A stretch of DNA of 64,000 nt from Vicugna vicugna (lineage: Eukaryota). The number at the start of each line of letters is the position of its first letter. The first letter of the stretch is position 1. The stretch is taken from NCBI GenBank assembly GCA_013265495.1, contig MU058221.1, positions 4,094,001 to 4,158,000 on the forward strand, in the 5' to 3' direction. Below, in pieces: positions 51,620 through 64,000 of this stretch. The notes below the pieces were generated by a model. The model was given only the letters and a program-made list of their open reading frames with translations, did not search any database and had not been told where the DNA came from. Both the position numbers and the translations under genes were made by a program.

Positions 51620-51835
51620 ATATTTGAGTACCTGCTAGTGCCAGAAGACTCACTCTATATTTGATGTTCATTATGACCCTTACTGCCCTCAATAATTGTA
51701 TGATATAGGGATTCTTATCCTAATTTAAAGATGAGAAAATTGGATTCAAGGAAGTTAAGTTAATTCTCTAGAGTATTATAACTAGTAAATACTATGACCA
51801 GAATCCAAACCACAGGATACCTGAGTCCAGGTCTC
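51620..51835 (-). mobile_element. MIR SINE
   Basis: ttatcctaatttaaagatgagaaaattggattcaaggaagttaagttaattctc...actagtaaat...gaatccaaaccacagg. Confidence 0.7.
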
Positions 51836-52688
51836 ATTCACCTCTCTGTCAATCCATTCCCTTGAAGTATGTAATTACGCTTCTTTTTTGCGAGTGTGGA
51901 ACACAGAAGGCATGAATACCTAATAAAATGTAGAACTAATGGTTTCACGTACACAAATGATGGAATTCTGAGCCAAAAAAACAGTGATAGGTGAAATGAA
52001 AGATTTTGGTACTGAGGTGCTCCACTCAGCCAATGTCTTCCTAAAATCATTTTTCATTTCACACCTTCCCCAGAGACTATACCCAGGTCATGTAGAATTG
52101 TGTGGCATCTCATGGATGAAGAAACGTGCCTGCCAGCTGAGCTCTTCAGGGTTGTCAGATACTCCTGGGAAATGGGAGGCACTCCAGGGAGTTGTGTGAT
52201 TTCTGTCCCTAGATGGGTTTTTCAATTCAGTGCAGATTTCTTCTTCCAGAAAGAAACCTCTAGTTTATGAAACTCTTAAAAGCACTGGCTTTTATAATTT
52301 ATGAGTAACATGTTAATCATAAGTGTACATAGTTAACAAAACTATCAGAAATTATTTAGTGAAACTCTTGATAATACTTAGTCTTAAAACTTGAGAGTAG
52401 TCTGTTAATCCATATTTATGAATACCATTCATGTAGCTGTTGCTTTTACAAAGGCTTTTCATGTCCATTTATAATATTAGTTCTCAAATTAGGAAACCGA
52501 AGCCAAGAGTGAATGTCAACAATGCCAGAATTAACAGAATAACTGAAGTACAGTCACATTTTCTAACTCTGTGGACTTTCTCTACCCAACACACTGGAAA
52601 GGACAGGAGTCAGAGGAACAGAAAGGAAGTGGCTGGTTTTTGCTGTCTATGGAAGGAAATTAAATTGTTTTCTTCTCTCTACTAATAT

Positions 52689-53209
52689 TGTTACTGAGTC
52701 CAAACTCATTCTGCTCGCTGCACAACAGGCCAATAAATCGGGAGACGAGGTGCTGGGGCAAGGAATGATGACTTTATTTGGAAAGTCAGAAAACCAAGAA
52801 GACGGCAGACTAATGTCCTGAAAAACCATCTCACTCAAGTCAGAATTCAGGCTCCTTTTATACTAAAAAGGGGAGGGGGTGGGGTTAGTTGTTGCAAACT
52901 TCTTGGTGTTGGAATCCTTTGTTCTCACAGCTGTCCACCTAGGTCAGGTCACGATGTCCCTGTAAGCCTCCAACAAGACAAGTGTTATTTTCTGTTCTGC
53001 AACTTCTTAGTCTTTATATGAATGAGAAAGTGTCATACCCTTAAAGTGCTTATGCCCTTAGAAATGTGCTCTCCTGTATATTTCAGGCTAGAATCAACAT
53101 TCTTTTACAAAAGGTGCAGATGCAGCATGACTCAGCACAGGGAACAGAGCACAGGGTTAGAGCTAAAGAACAGATCGAATACGGAGCCAGGTTGTCCTTC
53201 CCGACTACA
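52689..53209 (-). mobile_element. ERV1-class solo LTR (~521 bp), same family as 1678-2196
   Basis: Reverse complement reads tgtagtcggg...cagtaaca and is colinear with 1678-2196. Near-TSD atat (52685-52688) / atgt (53210-53213). Confidence 0.9.
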
Positions 53210-53675
53210 ATGTGAATACAATGCTCTACGATTATTTGGTACTTCCTAATATAAGATTTTTTAGAATCTTATAGTAACATTTAGAACCTCAACATTCACA
53301 TCACGGAGAACAGGAAAGGTGTTTGAGATTTGAGGGGGGCAAGGGGCTGAGTGGTTTTGTTACACAAGCCAATTATCTTGAGAAAAGCGACCATAGGTCG
53401 CCTCTTCAGCATCGAAACCCGTCTTCTCTACCTGGTGACACGACTTCTCTGTTTACAACAGGATATCTCAGTTGTAAAGAGCACTTGACCCCAAAGTGAC
53501 CAGTTGGTATGCTGACCTATAAAATACGAGATTATTTGAAGTGAGAGCTTTGCCCAATAGGCAAGATAGTGACTACGGCAAACAAAGTTGTCTCTTTCTC
53601 TTCACATGTTTAAATGGGAGTTACCATCTCAATCGTAATATTGATGATAACAATCGTTTCATAAAGTTTAAAGAT

Positions 53676-54052
53676 TGTCTTGGTGGCAAGACACAACACC
53701 CTGACACTCAGATAGATGAAAGGCAGAACTCTTCCTTTATTGCAGCTCCAAATGAGAGACCAGAAGGCAGGGCCGCACGGAGGCTGGCCCCCAGGGACAG
53801 GGTGACAGCAAGCTCTAGCTGAACGGAGCAACGTGCGGGGCAAATGGAGGGCGGCTAGCTGGGTCTCTCTGGCTCCCTGTGCAGCGTCTGATTTGCCCAG
53901 TGTCCGTCCCTAGAGTTATCAGACTGAAGGCCTAGTAGCCGCAGAGTGTGAGAGCCTGACAAAGGAAACTGGGGTTTGGACTTGAATCAGCTGCTCAAAA
54001 AGAGGAACTGACTGGCCTCTAGCCATGGCCTCAAAACGAGGTGAAGGCAGCA
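53676..54052 (-). mobile_element. Possible LTR remnant
   Basis: TG...CA bounded GC-richer block with tttatt (minus-strand AATAAA) near 53736. No clean TSD. Confidence 0.35.
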
Positions 54053-54084
54053 TTAAAATATATGAAGAAATGATTTAGAATAAA

Positions 54085-54498
54085 AAAGGCTGTAACAACC
54101 AACACGAGAAGATCACTGATGTCTTAAAACAAGGCGCACCGTCTCCTGCTCATGCACTTGGGGTTGAGCTGGAGTAGTCCTGCTCATCGTGGCTACGCTC
54201 TGCTGGGCGTGGCTCCCTGGCACCAGTTCGCCTCAGCTCTGCTCCACCTGTGTCTCGTTCTTTCAGAACCTGAAGGACACGTGGGCGTGTTCTTCTCGCG
54301 GCAGTAGCAGAAGCGCGAGAGAAAAGATCAAATCATGTACGTATACGTGAAGCCACTGTCTGCATCGTATCTGCCGACATCTCATTGGTCCGAAGCAGTT
54401 ATGCGGCCAAGCGCAAAGGCAAAGAGTAGGAGAGTACACACCCTGCTTCTGGACGCAAGAAGGGCGAGGAATTGGCAACCATAATTTGATCTACCACA
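54085..54498 (-). mobile_element. Old MaLR (MLT1-type) LTR, CpG-rich
   Basis: ggctgtaacaa...cttaaaacaa...ctcattggtccgaagcagttatgcggccaagc...aatttgatctaccaca. Confidence 0.65.
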
Positions 54499-54623
54499 GA
54501 CTGAAAAAGAGACGAGGGAAAGGGAAAGAGATTGAAGACTGGTGACAAGGATGAGGACAGGAGTCAGGAGAGAAAGAAGTTTACCAGATGGTGTTCATGC
54601 AGAAGCATGAAGTCCACGGAGGA

Positions 54624-54760
54624 TTTTAATAGTAACCTTTAACAGAAAAATATATGGAAACGAATATATGTCTGTCTATGCATGACTGGGACACTGTGCT
54701 GTGCGCCAGAAACGGACACATTGTAACTGACTGTACTTCAATTAAAACAAAAGAAAAAAG
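54624..54760 (+). mobile_element. Short L1 3' UTR (intermediate-age subfamily)
   Basis: gaatatatgtctgtctatgcatgactgggacactgtgctgtgcgccagaaacggacacattgtaactgactgtacttcaatt followed by an A-rich tail. Confidence 0.88.
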
Positions 54761-54764
54761 GCAG

Positions 54765-55155
54765 TTATCATATTGAGTGAAGTCAGATAGCAAAGGCAAA
54801 TATCATATGCTATCACTTACATGTGGACTCTAAAAGAGATACAGACTCTATCTGCAAATCCAAAACAGACTCATGAACATAGAAAACAAGTTGTGGTTGC
54901 CCAACGGGAAAGGGCAGGGAGGGGTAACTTAGGGGTTGGGGATCAACAGACACACATTACTGTATATAAAATAGATAAACAACAAGGACCGGCGGTACAG
55001 CACAGGGAACTATACTCAATCTCTTGTAATAACATATAATGGAAAAGAATCTGAAAAGACAATATATTACCACTGAATCACTTTGCTGTACATCTGACAC
55101 TAACATCGTAAACCAACTACACTTCAATAAAAATTTTTTTAAAAATAAAAAAAAA
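54765..55155 (+). mobile_element. L1 ORF2 tail plus 3' UTR (older subfamily) with poly(A)
   Basis: ttatcatattgagtgaagtcaga...tataaaatagataaacaacaagg...ccaactacacttcaataaaaa. Similar to 15850-16125. Confidence 0.9.
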
Positions 55156-58100
55156 GGAAGCATGACGCCCATGGAGGACCTTAAAGTCTCCTGAAGAGGT
55201 GACAAAAGTAACGTAACATCCAGCACTGAACATCCCACGTGACCTTCCAAATCTGGGCCAGTGCTCTGCCATACTTAACACTTGTCATTGTTGTCTTTCT
55301 TGTCCATCCTGAGGACCGGTTTCAAGCATGACCTGTTTCCATATTTCTAAACGTTATCTCTTCTTCTGAAAGAGCACAGTTGATACAACCCTGAGACTCT
55401 ACATTTGGGCTTGAATTGCAGGTCGTCCTCTTGAGTAAAAAGGATGATGGGACAGAGACAAGAATTGCATTTCTGTGCCCCCTTTCCCCTCTCGCTTCCT
55501 TTGTATTCCATCTGCATTACTCCACTTCCAGCCATCAATGCTGCTAGCCTTCCCCACTCCCCTTCCTGTCAATTGATTCCCCATTCCTCTCACCTCTTCT
55601 TTCTCCTTTTCTCATTTTCCACCTCTGTTCTTCTAAGTCATTCTCTCCCTCTTTCTGTATTTTTCTAGGTCCATGCCTCTTCATTCACTCCATTCTAAGC
55701 TCACTTCCTGATTTGTTTTTTCCAATCTCATTTACTTTATCTTGCCTTTGCCCCTCCCAGCTTCCCAAAGGGCCCCTTAAAAGTTTACAGAAATGGGACA
55801 AAATCAATTGAGTTTCTTCTAACTTTGCCATTTTCTGTTATTAAAAATGCATGAAGGCTTTTGCAGGGGTACAGTTCTTGTTCCCCCAAAGTATAGGTGG
55901 ACTCTCCAGCCTCTGCCCAGTTCTGGCCTCTCATCATCAAGAGAAACGGCTGTCCCCGCCACTGCTGCCTAACCGGCTGGCGGCTCCATCAGCTGCAGCT
56001 CCTGGAGGGAGCATTTTAAATCACTGCAAACTTTGAAGTAAGTGGCTGGGGAGAAAAGGGTCAACACAATCCTAATTTCCCAGGTGAGAGTCGGCATCAC
56101 AGAAAAAAAGGACCAAACAGAAGTGATTATGACCTGAATTGGTCTTCAGGGCCAGGTTACAGAGAATCATCACAGCCTCAGGAAAAAAAAAGCTTTAACC
56201 TCATCACCACTCTGGTGGTGTCCTTGCAGAAAGAACAAACTTTTATTATTCCCCTGGACCAGGGACCTTTCATATTTAATCTCATAGGCAAGCTAACATC
56301 TTTTTTCTGCCATAACGGAGCCCTGTAATTACTGTTATTAATCTTAAAATCATGGGCTCTAATTCCAAAGACTTCTTGTAACCTGAAAGTCTTTCAGAAC
56401 ATAATGGTGCAAAGAAATAAATCACCCTTTCCAAGTGGTGTGTTTGCTTGGTAAATGCCAATACTGAGAAGGATATAAACATATTCCCCCAACAGGTACC
56501 ATAAACTGGGAAATGACACAGTGCCAACCATAAACATGTTCTGGTCACAGCCTTGCTTAAAAATGTTCTCGCTCCCAAACTTGAAGGAAGCCTTTCCAAC
56601 TGTATTTCAAAAAAAGAAAACCAATAAACCTGCAGAAATTCTACTTGGCCAGACAAGTTTGAGCCACATCTGCTGCCTTTCCCAGCGGTCTTCCTTTCCC
56701 GCCTTTGTCCTTCCTACTTCTTTCCAGTCACTGCTCAGTCGCCAGAAGGGGACAAGCATTCCTCAATACTAGTCAACAGTGCGAGCTTTCGCTACACAAA
56801 AAGCAAAGCCTTCTTTCTGAAAGATCTGACTTCCTGCCTACCTGCCCTTCCCCAGGGAAAGGCGTTGCAGTCCCTCACATAGACGTGGCACATGAACATG
56901 TGCACGTGTGTCTGCGTGTATTAAGACACACTCTAGAAAGGGAGAGACACTGAGCGACTATCACCCGCGAACGTCACTTAGCAAATTAACTTCTTTAATT
57001 GGATGTGTCAAAGAACGGGGCTGCAAAGGGAACAGGAGACACAGCAGACAAATATTCAGGTGGAGGAGGCAAGGAACAAATCTGAAAACTGGCAGGTGAC
57101 CCTGGCATGAAAAGGGAGGAGGAGAGATGGAACTCAACAGGGGACGAGGACCCAGCAACCCGCTCACTCTGGCTTCTCTCTCCTTTCGGCCCCCTGGTGA
57201 GTTACCTTGCTATGACGTCACTACGCACCTGCCTGCCTGCGCTGACTGTCCCGAATGTGAGTCCTTGCCGGCAACTTTCCGCTTCAAACTGGGCACACAA
57301 TTTTTTGCCAGATGTGAGTATGCCCATTCATTAACTCTAGCCAGCAACAGGCGGCCGTCATCTGTAACTAGCAGTCTGTGCTGTGACAATACGCATTTAC
57401 ATCTTGATTAGACAATCCGCGATGAGGAGGGAGCAGGGCATCAGCACCGTCAGTGACAGAGCGACGCTGTCAGACACTCTAAAGCCCGCGTGCTGTGCGC
57501 TGACTCACTTACTGACTTTACTGCGCTGTCCACCTCCTGATACTTAACCCGGGACGGAGAACATGAAGGAACCCTCAGTCCACAGTGTGGTGTCTGACGG
57601 TGGTAGGGAAGGAAGGAAGCTGGAAAATCAGTTGGGTCAGTTGTCCGGGACTTGGGTTGCTATGTTGAAATCTTAAAATCGTTACTACAAATAACTGAGA
57701 CAGAAGACTCACAAGGTGCTATTTGTGGTGAGTTAACACTGATAAAGATTAAGATCGCTGTCGAGCATTTAGCAAGTGCACTGTGAGGGTCCGCTTAAAA
57801 ATTAGGCTGGAGCAAGTGCCAACATGACACCAACATAAGGGACAACTGTTTGGAACACCCACCACTGGCAAGGGAAGGAATGAATGGACAGAGGGAAAGG
57901 CGAGAATTCACCATGAACGAGGAAAGCGGTTTATAATTTGACAATGCATGATTGCTAATTACTCAGTTCTAAGATTAACTGTTGATGTATGTAAATGGAC
58001 TGACACATATATAAGAAATGAAATGACTACAGTGTTACTTTGGGAAACATTCTTCTCACAGCATACATAAAACCAAAATGTGATAAACAATTTTGCTGAT

Positions 58101-58589
58101 GGAGAAAGTTTAATGATATTTTGAAGTCATTTTGTCTGTACCCTAGATAATGAGCATGAGGTTGAGTTTGGAATTGTCTGATTTCCTCACTCACCTGCAA
58201 CAAATCTCAGCTAACCAGATATGCTGATTTAGTCTTTTCATTTATGTTGTAATTTAGTTTAATATTAAAGTTCTCATTTATAATCTCACACATTAAATTT
58301 ACTCCCCTCATTTCAATTTGTTTTTCTATATCCTCATTTTCCACACTGAATTCTCTCTGGGAATTTTTTAACCCCTTCGCTGAGAGTAACAGATAATTCT
58401 TCTCTGTTTATTTATTCCAATGAACACCATCTTTTCTCAACCCTATCAATTTAACAACTCATTTTTTTTTCTCAAACGATTTACATTCTTTTACTTTTTG
58501 GTTAATATTCCATTTAAATTTGTCAAGGGCTTAAAAAGTAGGTTTGCTCATAATTTTCTTTATTTTAGTTTTATTTCTCCCAGGGGATG

Positions 58590-58790
58590 GGCATAATATG
58601 GCAGGTAAAGAACAAAGTTTGACATCTGATTAACTCCAAGTCTTAGGTCTGCTGCCTACTAAGTGTGAGGTCTTAGATACTACATCACTACATTTTGTTT
58701 ATCTGTAAAAATAAACAGATGCAGGGCTTGTCCTTCTAAGCTCACAAGATTTGTGACAAAAAAACATGAAAATTTATTACGAACTATCAA
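58590..58790 (+). mobile_element. MIR SINE
   Basis: ggtctgctgcctactaagtgtgaggtcttaga...tttatctgtaaaa...ctcacaagatttgtga. Confidence 0.55.
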
Positions 58791-59143
58791 GTGAATTGCA
58801 CATGAGTACATACACAATTAAATATCAGCTATAAATTTTGATTTTCAAATAATTTCGATGAATATGTGTGTACATGTAATTAATTTTATTGACTCAGAAG
58901 GCATTGAAAATCTCCATTTTCATTATGATCATTAAGATCATCAGTCAACATGTTGCATATGTTCTAAATCAAATTTATTTTTCAACAATGCATTTTCCCA
59001 CCTTATTTGATAAATGGCTGATAGATAATAGTTACAGATCATCAGGGCTGTCAGGGATGTGAGACCATGTAGAAACTAGGGCCTCAGGTTTTCAGGGGTA
59101 AAGAACACCAAAGCCACTGAGGCCAAAAAATTTACCAAAGCCA

Positions 59144-59530
59144 GTGGTTACGGGCTCAGTTTTGTCCCTCTCAGATGGATGGGTTGAAGCCCCAATACCC
59201 CAGTTCTTCAGAATATGGCCGTGTTTGGTGACAGGTTCTTTCAAGAGGTAATTAAGTTAAAATGAGGTCATTAAAGTGGGTCATAATCCATATGACTTGT
59301 GTCCTTATTAGAGGAAAGTTGGACACACACACACGCACGCGCACGCACAACCACATAAAGACACTGGGAGAAGACGGTTATTGAAACGCTAAGGAGAGCC
59401 CTCAGAAGAAGCCAGCACTGCCAACACCTTGCTCAAACTCCTAGCCTCTAGAATTGTGAGAACATTAACCCCTGTTGTCTAAACCCCCAGCCTGCGGCAC
59501 TTTGCTGCGGCAGTCCTCATAGCTCAACGC
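59144..59530 (+). mobile_element. MaLR LTR (MLT1A/B-like)
   Basis: gaggtaattaagttaaaatgaggtcatta...atgacttgtgtccttattagagga...gccaacaccttg...ctagcctctagaattgtgaga...aacccccagcctgcggcactttg. Confidence 0.9.
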
Positions 59531-62019
59531 TAATTCAAAGCAGATGTAGACTAAATCTCAGGTGTCTTCAGTCCTTGTTGGGTACTTTATTCCATCACAT
59601 TTTCCTGCTTCCCGATTTTATTCTTAAAAATATTCACTAACTAAGGGAATAATTACTTAAATGGTGAAATAAATAGAAAAACAGTTAGCAAAGATACAAT
59701 GAACAAAATACTCTGAAAGAGTGGTTTAGGATGGCATCCACTCAGATCGATTAATAACTGTGAATGTTCATAGTTGGCTTAGCTCATAGGACCCACACAG
59801 CAGAACTTGAAAGTGCCATTTGAATTCTGGACTCAGAGTAGAACTGGATCCCCAACATGGAAGCAGTCTTACCGAATCTGACAAACCATTCATAGAAATA
59901 TCAGCAAACAGAGAAGTTCACAAATAACATAGAAATGAACATAGTAAAACATGGATCGCATATTAGTTATCAGAGGTAGTGGCGGCACCATGAACTCAGA
60001 GACAAGGATGCTGTTTGTGATACCATTCAGTTTAAATAAAGCCAAACATTTCAGAGTAATGGATTCCATTCCACCAACAGCTATGGCCCCTTACTGACTA
60101 ACTCACTGACACAAGGTCACCCTCGTCTCATAAAAGTAATTTACTTTGACATTTTAATGTATATAAATTCTATAGGTTATTAACGGCTACAAGAAAACAA
60201 TTTCTGTAATACAGAAAAATATGTTTTATTATTTTCGACCTTGGAGTAAACAACATATAAATGACACAAATAAGTGGTTTTATTTAAATCCTTTAAAGCA
60301 GTTACAAAAGACAGTCTGAGACTTTGCATGCACTATGCAACGTATTCAGTTTCAATTCTTCAAAGTTTGCTGTAGCACTCAGAACTCTACTGAGATGCAC
60401 TTTTCATATTAATAAATATTGAGACTGCAAGTCTCAGTTAGCATTTGGAGTAAAAATGATTCTGAAAGTTCCGTAATGGTCGTTGGAGCACCTCCTTATC
60501 AGATCTCCTGTGTGCATTATGCTGGGAATTCACACTGAAATATTACGGAGAATCAATTTGTAAAGTGCACTTAGATGAACCAATTTCATTTAAAATAAAC
60601 GTATTAGAAAAATTGCTCAGAAAAAACTAATGTCCATTACATTATAAAAAATAATGCATTAAACCTTTCATTGGATAATGCGGGAAAAAACCTTTATAAA
60701 ACCTGCTGACTTTGTGACCATATTTTACCAATAGCACTATTTGAAACTATTTTGATTATAAGCAAATTAGGCAGCAAACTGGCAGTGGATCAACAATTTT
60801 CTGGATCTCATGGGATTTCTCATTATTATGGCGACTTTTGGCTAAGCCAATCTACTAAAGCAATTACATCCTTAAATACAATGATGTTTTTTCGCTTGTT
60901 TTGTCTCTTAAAAATGGTTTTAAAAAGGCAAGTAACAGTAAAATGAATAAAATGCATGGGATAATAAAATGCTCATAAAAATATTTATAAAAACATCATG
61001 GGAATTTTTTTAAATAATAACAACTGAAATACAAAAAAGCAACCAGAGAAATCAAAGTAGCCATTTATTTAAGGTCCACAGTTTTTAATTAAACCAACAC
61101 ATTTTATTGTGGGCATAAACTTTACTTGCTTGCAAGCAAAATCACAATTGAGAATTTTAAAACGTTTCCAAAAGAGGAACACAAAGATCTTTAGTTTGTT
61201 GATGCTAGCTGAGTTGCTTCAGGGAAACATTGAATATACGTCTTCTTTTCCCAACTAGAAACTATAAACTCCTGAAAATCAAGGGCTTTTTTTCCTAACT
61301 AAATATATTTCATAGACTCTACATTTAATAAAAATTTGAGTACCTAGAAGGATTAACTTGGCACAGTTTAACACGCTGATCGCCACGTCACCTAAATCTG
61401 GGCGACAGTTGTGTATCCGCAGGGGCACGCGATCCACAGTGGGCGGTCAACATGTTAATGATGTTAATTAGCAAAGATGCTAATATCCCTGAAGTCGTTG
61501 TCAGTGTGATTGGCTACGGTTATCCAGTGACCCTGGCACTACTTTACTTCCTTATACGGACACCAGAAATCGTGTTCGATAGCCCAGATCTCTGGTTTTG
61601 GTTCTCAGGGAATTGGGCTCCAGTCGCAGCTCTACCCCTTTGTGCGGATGTGGTCTTGAGCAGGCTACTTAACGGCAGGTCCTACCATGTTGGGCTCCTC
61701 AGTGAACTTGGAGAGTTAGCGCAGAATGTTTTATTTTCTGAGACAAACACCACGATGCTCCCCCTCTGCCAGAATCCAGGCAATTACCAGCTTAAGGTAG
61801 TTCAAAGTTTCAGTATTAGATCACACCGAATTCCTTTCTAGAACCTATCTTTGTTGAAGATCAACGCAGAACAGGGAATGAGAGGTGTGTGTTCAGTCCG
61901 ATTCCAAGATTCGGGCAGTTGGGTGGACCTATGTCTACTTAAAGCACAGAAACAGCACTTCTTTTAACCTAGTCACCATGAGAAAATTAATGAGTCACTG
62001 AAAGCGCAGTGAGAGAGCC

Positions 62020-62155
62020 CACGGCTTCAAACTTCAGTTTTCTTATCTCTAAGATAAAAGCCATGTCAATTTTAAAGATAACTGAGATAACTGTGGGGTT
62101 TAAATCAGGGACCTTTTGTACAGTGTCTGGAATATATTAAGAACTCAAGAAATAG
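62020..62155 (+). mobile_element. MIR SINE fragment
   Basis: cttcagttttcttatctctaagataaa...gtacagtgtctggaatatattaagaactcaagaaat. Confidence 0.55.
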
Positions 62156-64000
62156 TGAGGAAGAAGTAAAGGAAAGTGTGCTCTGCACCCACCTCCACCT
62201 CTTCCCAGGTCCCAACACGCCCATCCAACTGTTCTAAGAGAGTAACATTTTGTAATTATTGGACGCAGAGTATAACTGATGAACATTCCTGGGTCCACTT
62301 GCATTAAAAACTAACAGAACGTATTGAGATAGTGTAAACTTTGATGTAGAATGGGGAAGGGTATGGAGTTGAGAGAAATTAATAAAACCAAGGAAAGACC
62401 CTCATCTGCTTTATGAAGAGAGCAAGCATGACTGTATCCACATAACCCACACTCCTGCCCAGCCCAGCACTGACTGGAAACTCCTTGTGCCTGTGGTCTT
62501 AGTTTTAGCTTCCAAACAGATTTAGAGACGGAAAAACAACTGCACTGCAGAGTAACCAGCACAGCTCATCAACGCAGCCAACATCACATGAACGTAGCTC
62601 ATTGCAAGTCTTGGAGAGAAAAGATATATATCTGTGCCACTGCAGTGACACCTCTGTGACACTGATTCCTTTCTCATTTCTGTCATTCCTTTCCATATCC
62701 TAGCAAAGAATCCTAAGCCAATAGGGACTCAGAATTTAGTCACAATGTTGGGCTGAACTGTCTGAAGTGGGTCCACTTCAAAATGGTAAATTAAACAGCT
62801 GACCTCTTCTATCTCTGTCCCTTTCAACAACTATCTTCTTACCTTGGGGGTGATTGTAAACATTTTCCTCTCAGAGGATAAGCCCAGAATCATAATATCC
62901 ATTGTCTCTTGTCAAAATGTATCTTACCTACATCTCCATCCTTCAACTAGTCTTGTCTTGATACACCTCATACACTAGTCCACGTAGCTGATATTGGCTT
63001 AATGCACTACTTGTATCTCAGACACCCCATCCATACTTTAGCAGAAGCCAGTGACGCCTTTACCCAAAACTAAAACAAACAAAGAAACATCAGTTACTCC
63101 ACCAGGCAGATTCTGGAAATACGTTGTAGCGGGGAGTTCACCATCTTTGTTCCTACTCAAGTCTGCTTAAAAATGCATTTTTCTGAACTGCGGCTGAGGG
63201 ACGTTCATGTTTTGCCAAATACCATTTTGAAAATATTATTGTTCACAATAACATCTTCTTGAATTTTCTCTTCTATCCTTTCGTTTTTAAACAGTGCCTT
63301 ATAGAAGCCAGACACTCTACAACTGATAGGCATGCCAAAAAAAAAAATTCTCTGGACTCAGTTTAGTAAGAAAAAAACAAACCTATCAGCTCAATACAGG
63401 TGGGGACACGGGACTTTGAGATTAAGAGCCTCATGTTCCCTGTCTGAAAGGGAACAAGGTTGTTCAGTTGTATAGATTTATGACGTGGAATGAAAAGGGA
63501 ACAAATAGTTTCTCTCAGTCCACAAGTCCTATTCATGTTGAAAGAAAAAAGTCTATTCAATTATTCCCTTTCCGTCAGATTGCCAAGTCCTGTACTGTTG
63601 GGTTGATTAAATTCCCTGTTTGAAAACTCCAAAAATATTTGAATAAGAGGGACCAAATACACAGATGATTGTAAGTGATTTAAATTCCAGTGGAGTTTGC
63701 CTCTCTTTCCGTGTTGCTTTTACACAAGAAGTTCAATCAGAACTTCTGTGAATCTTGGGTTTGGAGTTCTCAAACAATATGTCTCCTATTAACCCTGACT
63801 TTCTTATTCGTTTTCAGATCGACTTTGTCAGTACATTTCTCACAGATGTGTCCTGAGAGACAGATATCTACTCTGTTTTTTGCTCAGATTTGTTTTGAAA
63901 TGTTCACCACAATCTCTAGACATGCAGCCTCTTAAAAAAAATGTAAGAAAGAAAAGAAAAGGAAGGGGCCGCGTTTCCTAAGCCCTCGCTTTGATCAGCT

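Noticed and set aside
1678..53209. The two related LTRs as ends of a single provirus or giant element
   Set aside because: Opposite orientation, separate TSDs, substantial divergence and no gag/pol/env remnants recognised between them.
61452..61841. 129-aa ORF with a hydrophobic stretch
   Set aside because: No family resemblance and no supporting splice or promoter context. A BLASTP hit or PhyloCSF signal would be needed.
1..64000. CRISPR arrays, operons, tRNA/rRNA genes or another novel multi-gene system
   Set aside because: No regularly spaced repeats, no gene-dense coding and no recognisable structural RNA. The sequence is explained as repeat-rich mammalian non-coding DNA. Short host exons cannot be excluded without alignment to transcripts.

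Overview
This is a 64-kb window of non-coding mammalian genomic DNA (intergenic or intronic). The youngest L1 3' UTRs resemble camelid L1s as I recall them, so the host may be a camel or alpaca; this is unverified. I find no supportable host protein-coding exon, RNA gene, CRISPR array or prokaryotic system. The only ORFs with recognisable homology are C-terminal fragments of LINE-1 ORF2 (33985-34548, 15374-15927); the rest of the ORF track looks like chance. The window is a mosaic of transposon fossils: L1 3' fragments of several ages (some with clear TSDs), ERV solo LTRs (including two inverted copies of one family about 51 kb apart), MaLR/MLT1 LTRs, MIR, L2 and MER5. It also has one 152-N assembly gap, an orphan CpG island at about 32.1-33.0 kb and several transcription-factor motif clusters. 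I cannot support a novel biological system. The best second-look items are a tiny L1 insertion with an apparent 3' transduction, a two-L1 composite inside one 22-bp direct repeat, an old MaLR LTR that appears GC/CpG-rewritten into a CpG island, an LTR-borne NRF2/AP-1 element and a HOX/CDX/TCF motif cluster. Repeat subfamily names come from memory and are tentative; boundaries are approximate unless TSDs are given.
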